From Hyaloraphidium curvatum SAG 235-1 (taxonomy: Eukaryota > Fungi > Monoblepharomycota), in the NCBI GenBank assembly GCA_025558095.1, contig JAIVFI010000004.1:434001-498000 (forward strand): a stretch of DNA of 64,000 nt, in the 5' to 3' direction. Made by a program: the position numbers and the translations under genes. Below the pieces are notes generated by a model that searched no databases, was not told the origin of the DNA, and saw only the letters and a program-made list of their open reading frames with translations. How positions within the stretch are numbered: the stretch's first letter is position 1; each line of letters begins with the position of its first letter. This document shows, piece by piece, positions 48,252 to 57,608 of the stretch.

Positions 48252-49246
48252 TCAGCCCCCGCCGCCGTGCCTCAGCTGCGAGACACGAGCGGCGATCTTG
48301 CCCCGCACCTCTGCCAGCTGGGCCTGGAGATCCCTCAGCTCCGCGGACTTGAGCTCCAGGAGCTTGACATCCGCGAGCTCCGGGTTCTGGAAGGGGGGAG
48401 ACAAGGCGGGTGAGCGGTTTCCGAAGCATCGATTGGGTGTGTACGAACCAGCGAGACCTGGGGTAGCTCGATGGCCTTCCACTCGTCCTCGGGTAGCTCG
48501 TGCCTATCCAAAGAGCAGAATGTAAATGAGGAACTTAACGGTAAGGTGCTCCGGGTCTCACTTTTCCTTGTTCTCCTTCATCCGGCGCCTCACTTCCTCC
48601 CTGGACAGCTTAGCTGACGAAGAGGGCAAAATGAACAAAGAGGCATGGAGCCAGACAAGGATTGCAGAGGCACGGATGGGTAATGATGTTCTGTGTCAGA
48701 GTTGCCCCGGAGAATGGGCTGTCGAGGTGTCGGGACACCAACCGCCCGTGTTGACGATGAAGCCGTTCTTGCGGGTGATCTCCGGCCCCTGCTTCGCGGC
48801 ATTGATCCTCCCGATGACCAGCGGGTCGATATGCAGGCCCTGGAACTCTGCCCGACGCGTCAAGACAGCTCGGGGACCCCGGTCCCTCCCCCGGCCGCAG
48901 GAAAGCGGGAAACCCACCGGCCACGCTCTGCTGGCCCAGCATGCGCTGCAGCTGGATGTTCATCTGCGCGTTGGTCTTGCCGGGGAGGCAACCCGACTCG
49001 ATGATGTCCTTCCACTGGCCGATGCCGAAGCGCATGAGCGCGCGGCGGAAGACCTCGGCCTCCCCGTCCGTCCAGCCTGGGAGCAAGGAGACGCGCCCGA
49101 TTGATTCGCAAGCGTCCGGTGGATAGGTTCGAGCGAGATTGCCAACCTGGACTGAGGCTGTAGTTCCAGAGCGATGGCGAATCAACTGGGCGAACGAGGT
49201 TCTTGACGGGGGCCGGCATGGCCCGCGGGGCAGCGGGCGCGGCCAT
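48252..49246 (-). CDS. p1 (AMTP1) homeobox/Myb-like subunit of the MTA1c N6-adenine DNA methyltransferase complex
   Basis: WNYSLSPGWT..EAEVFRRALMRFGIGQWKDIIESGCLPGKTNAQMNIQLQRMLGQQS.AEFQGLHID...RKNGFIVNTG follows the ciliate p1 pattern as recalled. Confidence 0.85.
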
Positions 49247-49390
49247 CACGGAAGAGGGATAAAGACAAAGGATGCGGTTTTCAGGGCATCGCTCGGGTTT
49301 GGCAGGGTGTCCCTGTGCTGACTGATCGGGGACGCGTCGCCAGGAGTTCTGGCGTCGCAGCCCCCGACCCAGCACCCGCGCGCTCGAGCA

Positions 49391-51015
49391 ATGGCGGGCG
49401 CGCGGCGGCGCGCCCTGTTCGACTGCACGGGCGATGACGACTCGGAGCTCTCTTTCCGGCGCGGCGACGTGATCCTCGACGTGGGTCGCCCTCCGCGGCT
49501 ACTCCGCCGCCGCCCTGACGCGTCCCCCCGGCGGATCCACGCGGCCGATCGCGATCGCCGCGATCACGCGGATGCGCCGATCAGTGCGAGCCGGCCGACG
49601 ACGACGGCTGGCTGCTCGGCACGCTCGAGGGCACCGCGCGCCGCGGGCTCTTCCCCGAAAACTACACCGAGCCGCTGCAGGCGCCGCGCCCGCCGAAGCC
49701 GCGCACCGTGTCGTCGCCGTCGGACGCGCTGCGCGACCGGACAGAGCCCGGGCTGCAGCGCAGCGCGACCGTCGGGGCCCTGCCGCAGGACGCGCCCGCG
49801 GAGCCCAAGGCCAGCATCGCCGAACTGGCCGCGCGTTTTTCGGCGACCTCCGTCGCGTCGAAGAGCGATGCTCCTTCTGGGCCCAAAGCTCAGCCCACGG
49901 CCGGGGGCGTCAAGGCACGGGCGGGCATGTTCGAGGCGGATGCCGCAGCGCCGGCTCCAAGGACTGCGCCGCCTGTCCCGGGGAAGCCGGCCATGCCGCC
50001 AAAGCCGGCTTTTAAACCTTCGTCGACCTCGGTGTCTTCCACATCGGACTCTGGCTCCGTGGAATCGGCAGTGGTCCCGGCCAAGAAGCCGCCTCCACCT
50101 GCGGTGCCCAAACCTGCCTCCCTTACCACCAAGGCGCCTTCCTCGCCCCCAACGCCGGGATCGCCTCGCACCCCGGTATCTCCACCGGCCGAGCCCACGG
50201 CACCCCCGCCGGAGCCCAAGCGCGCACCGTCGCTGCCCTCGCGCTCAAACTCCGTGACGTCAGCACCCGGCACGTCGAGCGCCGGGCGCACTTTCCTACC
50301 CAGCTCGGCGCCGGCACCTTCTCTGCCCTCCAGGGCAGCCATGCCGCAGCGATCAACGGCGGCCTCCAAACCCAGCCAACCGAAACCCCCGGTTGAGCCT
50401 CCTCGCCCCGTGGAACCGCCTCGGCCTACAGAGCCTCCGCGTCCCGCGGAGCCCGCTCGACCGAAAGCTCCGGAGCGGCCACCCCAGCCCGAGAGACCGG
50501 CACCCCCCGAGCGGCCCGTGCCCGCGGAATCTACGCCCCTGCCCGCGGCGCCTCCGTCGCGCCCCTCCCTCCCGTCGCGCTCCAACACCGCCGGCAGCAA
50601 CGCCGGGAGCAACTCGCTCCCCCGCCCTTCGCCCCCCGCGCGACCGCCCGCACCGGCCGACAAACCCGTCGCCCCTGCCCGCCCCACCCCCTCGCTGCCC
50701 CGCGTGCCCCCGCGCCCCTTGGAATCCGCGATCGCGCCCGAGGAGGAGCAAAAGTTCCTCCCCCTCTTCCGCACCCTCGCCGGCCCCTCCCGCACCGCCA
50801 CCGGCGCCGACGTCCGCGAGCTGTGGCTCCGCTCGGGCCTGCCCGCGGACACCCTGGCCGACATCTGGGAGCTCGCGGACGCGGACGGCGACGGGGAGCT
50901 GGCCGAGGGGGAGTTCCTCGCGGGGATGCACCTGGTGGACAGGTGCAGGGCGGGGGAGCCGGTGCCGGCCAGGCTGGACCCGGCGCTGGAGCGCATGGCG
51001 AGGGAGAGGAGGTGA
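49391..51015 (+). CDS. SH3 + proline-rich + C-terminal EH domain endocytic adaptor
   Basis: ALFDCTGDDDSELSFRRGDVI|..GWLLG..RGLFPENY (SH3); WLRSGLPADTLADIWELADADGDGEL..EF..GMHL (EH). Confidence 0.88.
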
Positions 51016-51134
51016 TTCCCGTCCGGGGACGCAGCTGTATTGCTTCCATCGGGGACTACAGAGCTCAGATCATGTCCAGGCGGGTCGGTCCCGCAAGATT
51101 CCATATGTACAGGGTTGCGGCCAATCGAAAGCCA

Positions 51135-52586
51135 TCAGGCCCTGGAGAGGGTGAAGTCGCGAACGTACAGGATGCCGATTACGGGAAAGCCTGGATTGAG
51201 CAAGCATCAGCGCTCGACTGGCACACACGCGCACCGGAACCCACCGAGCATCATCCCGCACCACCAGAAGATGTTGGTCAGCCGGGCGTTCTTCTTCAGG
51301 AACGGCGCCGACCCGATGCGGATCAGGGGCACCTGGCTCATCTGGAAGAAGAAGAGCACCGGCCTGAACCGCTTTGTCACGAGGGTCAGGACGACCTCGT
51401 GCAGGACGCTCGAGAGGAAGAAGGTGAAGAGCGCCGCGGACTCGCGGCCCATGCCCGTGCGCCGCGAGGCGCCGTGCACGTGGGTGAGGAGGAAGAGGTA
51501 CACGGGGCGGTTCCAGGAGCGCGACCAGAAGGCGAAGTCGGTCGCGTTCCACCAGTCCTCGTAGAAGGCCCGGTCGGCAAAAAACGACAGCTCCGCAAAG
51601 GCGTTGGTGAGGTATTCCCAGACCATTAGGAAGATGAGGATGTAGCAGATGAGCATGGGGAAGAGCAGCCGGCCGATCATCTCCATCAGCGGCAGCGCGT
51701 TCGGGTCCTTGAGCGTCGGCATGATCCACGTGACGATGGTGACATAGAGCACGACGAAGCAGCCAGCGAAGCCCAGGACCTTTTCGCCGACGTAGCTCCA
51801 CCGGATCTTGTCGGTGCGGGGGTAGGAGAGCTGGTAGACGAGCGCGGGGATCCGGAGAAAGTCGATGAAGTTGGAGAAGGTGAGGTTCTTTGGGTAAGGC
51901 GCAACTCCGGGAGGGTGCAGCTCCTCCTCCAGATCCGTGATCTCGAGCTCGAGGGCCGCGGTCACATCGGAATCGGCGTGGGTGCCGTTCTCCGAGGCTC
52001 CCTTCCCGTTGGCCGTCCGCTTTTGCCGCTCCACCAACGTTCTCTTGAGTGCCCTCAGGCGGGCGGTCTTAGTCGCCAGCTCCGTGTTGACGGCGCAGTA
52101 ACTGTGCAGCTTCATCAGCATCGTCAGGCTGTGGAGCGCAAGGCAACCGGTCTGGAAGAAGGTCCATGACTCAGACCAAAGGAAGGAGGTCCATGCCACA
52201 AAGAAGGCCAGCGAGTAGGCCCAGCCGATGTAAGTCCCCACCCGCCGCGACACCCAGCCCTTGGCGACGGCGATCTCGAGCGGCACGCAGGGGAACAGCG
52301 ATAGGATCATCGCGAAATCGGCGGCGAAGAGCTTGCCGACGTTCACGCCCAGGTCGCCCAAAAGCCCCCACGAGATGCCCTCCGTGTATGCCGTACGGAC
52401 CGCATAGAACGCGACCGCCAGCCAGAACAGGTTCACGAAGCCCCACAGGTGGCCCAGGTTGTCTGAGTCGAGCAAGCTAGTCCGCGCCACGAACAGGGGC
52501 CTTTTGCGGCCAGAGGTGCCCGGCCGCGCCCCCGGCGCGAAGGCCGCATCGCCCGGCGGCGGCACGTCGGTCACAATCTTCGCCAT
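51135..52586 (-). CDS. MBOAT sterol O-acyltransferase (Are1/Are2-like)
   Basis: MKLHSY, YPKNLT, LVYQLSYPRT, NAFAELSFFADRAFYEDWWN, WNRPV, SSVLHE. Confidence 0.93.
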
Positions 52587-52662
52587 CGCCGGTAGGGGTT
52601 TTCCCGGATCGCGTGGACCCCATATGATCAGTCAGAGCCGCCGCCTCACTCCCACTCCCCCG

Positions 52663-53477
52663 ATGCGGCTGCAGAGTGCGCTCCCGGCGCTGCTCCTTGC
52701 GGCGTGCGTGCTCGCGGCACTCGCGGGCCCCGCGCAGGTGCGCCGTCGTGGTTGGCGGCGCGAGGCCCGACTGACTCCCGCGTGCTCGCCTTCTTGCTGC
52801 CCGCCCTCTCTGCCTGTCGACTGCCCGCCCATCTCAGGCCGGGCTCTGTTCCTGCGCGTGCTGCGGCAGCAATTCCACGTGCACGCCCGCGTCGGTCGGC
52901 GCATTCTCCAACGACTGCGGGCTGTGCGACGACTCGGCGTGCCGCGACGCCTTCCCCGCCGCCTGCTTCCAGCGGCCGTTCAGCGAGGTGCAGCGCGCGA
53001 CCTGCAACGTCTTCTCGGGCAACGCCACGTGCGCGTGCTTCTGCCAGTGCTCGGGCGGCGCGTGCAAGGGCTCGTCGTTCCAGGGCACGCTGCCGCTGGG
53101 CACGCCGGACGCCTGCGGCCGCTGCTCCGTCGCGCTGTGCGCGCAGAACTACCCGGACACCTGCATGGTGCGCGCCGTGCCGGGCTTCGTGGACGTCCAA
53201 GGTGGGCTTCCTGGCTGCGACCGGCTTTTGATCCCATCTCACACATCCACCAGCCTCGTGTGCGCCCGACGGATCCGACGGCACCTCCGTTTCCCGCACC
53301 CGGACGACGTCGGTGTCGCAGACCACCACCTCTGCCGCCGCAATCACCGAACTGCCTTCCGGGCCCTCGGCCAGCCCGCCTGCCCAGACGACGAGCCGGC
53401 CAGCGTCTGCGGGTTCCACTAGCGCAAACGTCGCCGCGCTTGGATTGGCCGTCGTCTTTGGGGCGCTGGCGCTGTGA
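52663..53477 (+). CDS. Secreted Cys-rich, probably GPI-anchored surface protein (3 exons)
   Basis: Signal peptide, two Cys-rich units (CSCACC..., CACFCQC...), Ser/Thr stalk after intron ~53202-53253, hydrophobic C-terminus VAALGLAVVFGALAL*. Confidence 0.7.
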
Positions 53478-53604
53478 TTGTCGCCGTGAAGCGTACGAAT
53501 CGGTTCTGAAAGCTCCTTTGGACCTGCTCTGCTGAATCGTGGACATCTGTCTCTGTTATGTCGACATCTCATCTCATGTTGTTTGCTGCAAGTACAGCAC
53601 TAAT

Positions 53605-54342
53605 CTATCTTTCCGCCTGCACGTCCCCGGAGAAAGACGAGAACGCGGCAAGGCTGTTCTTCTCGAACTCCTTCTTGGTCCAGTGCTCGTCTATCCCCTG
53701 GATAAAGTCCGGCCGCACGAGCTTTGCCCGCCGCACGAGCAGCGGCCCATCGTCCAGGCGAAAGTATAGGCCCTCTGCCGGCCCTTCGCAGTAGGCGCTC
53801 CGGGTGGCTTCGAGCAGCTCGGCAAGCTCCTCCCGGCACGAGAAGGACCGCCTCGCGACCCTCCTTATCGTGCAGATACCGGGCTGCCCGCTCTCCTCCG
53901 CCGCGGCGTTGGCCCGCGCGATCAGCGCGTCTCTCGCCTCCACCGAAAGGAACCCTCCGGCCTTGGGGTCCCACACGTCCACGGCAAGGAACCAGTCCGG
54001 CAGCCTGTCGTACGCCATCGAATGCCGCGCCCGCATCCATTCCCCGTACAGCACCCGGTCCGTCCCGCCGAGCACCTCCCACAGCGCCGCGGACCTCTCC
54101 GCGGCCCACGCCCCGAGGTTGGAGAACTGCCTGTGCGTGGACGCGTCCACGGCGCGCCCGCGGTTCTGCGCGCGGAGGGTGCCGGTCGATAGGGACAGCG
54201 CGAGGTTGGCGCCGTCGGCCTTCTCTTCGACGGTGAGCTCGTGCCCGAGGAAGGGCGCGAGGTCGTCGAGGAGGATGTCGTCGGACGAGACGGCGGTTCC
54301 TCCCGTGTGGAAGAGGTGCGGTGTCCGAGGGAATTTGTGCAT
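53605..54342 (-). CDS. Stand-alone ATP-dependent RNA ligase-family nucleotidyltransferase
   Basis: KFPRTPHL, motif I EEKADGAN, LYGEW, HSMAYDRLP, FLAVDVWD, EGLYFR, RAKLVRPDF; intronless. Confidence 0.88.
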   Translation of the reverse strand: MHKFPRTPHLFHTGGTAVSSDDILLDDLAPFLGHELTVEEKADGANLALSLSTGTLRAQNRGRAVDASTHRQFSNLGAWAAERSAALWEVLGGTDRVLYGEWMRARHSMAYDRLPDWFLAVDVWDPKAGGFLSVEARDALIARANAAAEESGQPGICTIRRVARRSFSCREELAELLEATRSAYCEGPAEGLYFRLDDGPLLVRRAKLVRPDFIQGIDEHWTKKEFEKNSLAAFSSFSGDVQAER

Positions 54343-54809
54343 GCGGGGGCCGAGGGAGGGATGGTCGGGCAATGGACAGAACCCGAGATTCGCGTTGGCT
54401 TGCGGCCGGTGGAGATGTCGGACCTCGGCGAAGCAAACAAACACAGCTTGGTTGCGGCCGCGGACTGAAGCATAGACCAATGAATTGATGAAAGAAGGAG
54501 CCGATGCTGTCCCCGTCGTATGGGTGCAAGATTGGAGGCATCTCCCACGTCTGCGCGTTCCTTCGCAGAAACCCCGCCGATGAAGAACCATTGTTGCTAC
54601 GCTGCGCGGGCACGAACGAGGGGCATGGAATCGCACGAAATGCGACAGCTGGATGATGGATGGACGTAGGATGATGATTGCAATCAGCAGCTGCCTTCAT
54701 CGCTTCCGCAAGGTGAACCCCCGCGCAAGGTGCTCAGCCCCACCCTTCAGTTCGGGCGTTCGGCGCGGATACAAAAAGGGGTGCACTCTGCTCCCGACAT
54801 CACACAACC

Positions 54810-55727
54810 ATGGAGTCCTCCGTCTCCGCCCTGCGCGGCACGGCCCTCAACTTTCTCCAGACAGCCGCCTCGTTCGCCGTCGCGCTGTTCGTCACGCTAA
54901 GCGGCCTCGCGACGGCCACCGGCGCGGAAGGCTCCTTCGCCAAGCCCTTCCTCTACCTGTCTGTGGCCTTCATGGTCTCGTCCCTGTTCGTCGCCGCCAA
55001 GACGGTGCGCGACGGCCAGACCGCGGACCTGCTTCCCGGCAACCCGTTCTCGGCGCTCATCCGCGGCACGCAACTCTGGCGCATCCAGGCCATCGGTGTG
55101 GCGCTGATTGCCGTCGTCTTCCCGTTCTACACCGTCCTCGGCAGCTCGGGCCTGTCCGGATGGAACGACGAGCTGCGCTTCGCCCTTCTCGGCCTCGCCT
55201 TCCTGGTCTCGTCAACCCTGAACCTCTCCAAGGCTGTGCGCGACCGCTCCGACGCCGACTTCTTCTCCACCCTCTCCCCGACTCCCGAGCTGCGCCGCGC
55301 CGTGGACATGATCGCGGCCGGCACCTCGGCCTTTGTTGCGTTCAACGGCATCTCGTTGGTCGCCTCGTTCGCCGCCACCCTGGTGAGCCTCTGGACCGAG
55401 GACACCCTTCTCCAGGATCGCAAGGTCCTCGTGACCATCGGCGTGCTGTTCCAAGCCTACGCTGCCTTCCAGGTGGCCAAGCTCGTCCGCGACCTCGCCG
55501 ATCCCGCCCTCGCCGGCATGCACACCAAGAGCTACCGCCTGTTCACGGTCATCGGCTTCGTGGCGGCCCTCGGCCTGCTGTACGGATCCCTCCTCACGAT
55601 GCCTTTCAGCTCCGCTCAGCAGAAGCTCTGCGTCGCCGGCTCGCTGTACGTTCTGTCCTCGACCCTGTCCTTCTCCAAGCTCGTGCGCGACCAGCAGGAG
55701 CGCGAGACCGCGGCCAAGCGCAAGTAG
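54810..55727 (+). CDS. Membrane protein of four YiaAB two-helix repeats
   Basis: Each hydrophobic helix pair ends in KxVRD (AAKTVRD, LSKAVRD, VAKLVRD, FSKLVRD); intronless with strong C-ending codon bias. Confidence 0.8.
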   Translation: MESSVSALRGTALNFLQTAASFAVALFVTLSGLATATGAEGSFAKPFLYLSVAFMVSSLFVAAKTVRDGQTADLLPGNPFSALIRGTQLWRIQAIGVALIAVVFPFYTVLGSSGLSGWNDELRFALLGLAFLVSSTLNLSKAVRDRSDADFFSTLSPTPELRRAVDMIAAGTSAFVAFNGISLVASFAATLVSLWTEDTLLQDRKVLVTIGVLFQAYAAFQVAKLVRDLADPALAGMHTKSYRLFTVIGFVAALGLLYGSLLTMPFSSAQQKLCVAGSLYVLSSTLSFSKLVRDQQERETAAKRK

Positions 55728-55857
55728 CTCTGAAAACGTTGACCACGAGCGCAGATGCGGCAGATAGAGTGGAATTAGCATGAACTGCACGTACAATCAT
55801 CCAGATAGAGAATCAAACAGAACATCCAGATCATCCACCAATCCAGTCTCCCGTGCC

Positions 55858-57372
55858 TCAGACCTCCTCCTTGTTCTGGCGCTTCAAGTCGAGCAGACGT
55901 TCGTACAGCCGCACGGCCTCCGCCAAGTAGTCCAGCTCCTCCCGCCGGCGCCTCTTGACCGCAATCTCGTCCGGGTCGTCGCCGTCCAGCGTCGCAGGTT
56001 CCGGCATGCGCTTCTTGACGGGAGCGAAAAAGTCCGACCCATCGGCCGCGGGCAGAGGAGCCTCTGCAGCGGTGGTCGCAGCGGGCACCGGAGCCGGATT
56101 CGAAGCAGCGCGAATCTCGCGGCCCGCTCCAGCGCTGCCGGTAGGATCTGTGTGGTCAATCAGGCGTCCCCGATCCTGGGGATCCGGCCCCGCGGCGTCG
56201 TTTGCCCTTTGCCGCACGCGACCCAGCAGCATCTTGTTCAGCTTCTCCCTCACTTTCGCGTATCCTGGATTGAAATGCAGGTCGAGCCTTTCCAACGAGC
56301 TATCCGCATCAATGGCCCTCAGGAGCGCCTTGGCGCCCGAGTCGTCGATCTCATTCTGCGTGAGAAGAAGGTTCCTCAACGTCCGGTTCCTCCGCACCGC
56401 GTCCGCAAAAGCCTCTGCACCGACGTCCCCTATCCTGTTTTGCCCGAGATCCAGCGAAATGAGCGAAATGTTCGCCGCCAAAGCGTCTGCCAGGGCGATC
56501 GCTCCAGTGCTCGTGATGCGGTTGTTGGCTAGCGAGAGCTCGGCGAGCGACTCGTTGGTCCTGAGCGCCTTTGCCAGCTCCGCAGCAGCATTGTCATCGA
56601 CGAAATTCCCATCGAGCCACACTTCGAGCAGCGTCCGGTTCCGAGCGAGCATCTTTGCAATGCTACACGCTCCATCCGCGTAGATCTCGCACTCTCCGAT
56701 GTGCAGGAAGCGCACCGATTGGTTCTGCTCAAGGGCCTCGGCAAAGTCCTTGACTCCACCGTCTCCAATCGGATTGAGGGCCAGGTAAAGCTCCGTGAGC
56801 GTCTTGTTCCGCTCCAAGGCCGAGCCAATGGCACAGAGGCCGTCTCCGTCGACTTCGCATCGCTCCAGATAAAGCACTTTCAGCGGCGGACCTCCTTTCA
56901 AGAGCTCTGCAACTGCCTTTGCCGACCCGCCCACCGTGTTGCCGTTCAGGGACAGGTACGTGAGGCCCTTGTTCTTCCTCAGCGCTTTGGCCAGCGCTTT
57001 GATCCCCGGCGGCGTCAGTTTGTTGTCCTCCATGTTCAGTCTTCGCAGAGACAATCCCCCACAGGCGAGAAGGTCCCCCAGCTCCCCAACGCCGTTGTCC
57101 GTGATTTCATTGCCGGTCAAATCCAAGATAGTGACGCTCGGAAGCTTTGCCAGCGCATCGACGAGATTCTTCACTCCCGCGTCCCCGATGCGGTTCTCGC
57201 GGAGCACCAGAGTCGTCAGCGGAGTCGAAAGCTTCAGTTTCGGACCCAGAGCTGCCGACAGCGCGCGAACGCCCGTGTCCCCGATGTTCTCATTCGATGC
57301 ATCGAGATGTCCGTCGCAGGAGGACAGTCGCACCTGCCACGTCGCGAAATCGACTTCTGGCCGAGTTGACAT
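55858..57372 (-). CDS. RNI-like (NLRC3-type) leucine-rich repeat protein
   Basis: About 12 repeats of ~28 aa, LxxLxLxxNxIGDxGAxxLAxAL; intronless; coiled-coil tail. Confidence 0.9.
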   Translation of the reverse strand: MSTRPEVDFATWQVRLSSCDGHLDASNENIGDTGVRALSAALGPKLKLSTPLTTLVLRENRIGDAGVKNLVDALAKLPSVTILDLTGNEITDNGVGELGDLLACGGLSLRRLNMEDNKLTPPGIKALAKALRKNKGLTYLSLNGNTVGGSAKAVAELLKGGPPLKVLYLERCEVDGDGLCAIGSALERNKTLTELYLALNPIGDGGVKDFAEALEQNQSVRFLHIGECEIYADGACSIAKMLARNRTLLEVWLDGNFVDDNAAAELAKALRTNESLAELSLANNRITSTGAIALADALAANISLISLDLGQNRIGDVGAEAFADAVRRNRTLRNLLLTQNEIDDSGAKALLRAIDADSSLERLDLHFNPGYAKVREKLNKMLLGRVRQRANDAAGPDPQDRGRLIDHTDPTGSAGAGREIRAASNPAPVPAATTAAEAPLPAADGSDFFAPVKKRMPEPATLDGDDPDEIAVKRRRREELDYLAEAVRLYERLLDLKRQNKEEV

Positions 57373-57608
57373 TTGTGGGAGGGACCGTGGCACCAATCAT
57401 CACTCATATCTCTTCCTTTCAAAGTTTCCAAGTCCTGGCCCAAAACTAGCAGTCAATGATCAGTCTAGTCTGTTGACACTCTACATCCAGGGATGGAAGC
57501 TTTCGCTAAGGCCAGCCACACCGCACGCTCCGGCTCGGCCGACCGATCACTTACATTCGTCCTCGAACCCCACGTCCAAGTTGTAGCACGATGTGTACAA
57601 TAAAGCGC

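Noticed and set aside
49545-49556. Perfect palindrome CGATCGCGATCG in the SH3 gene intron
   Set aside because: Short, GC-rich and single; no supportable function beyond a possible intron hairpin.
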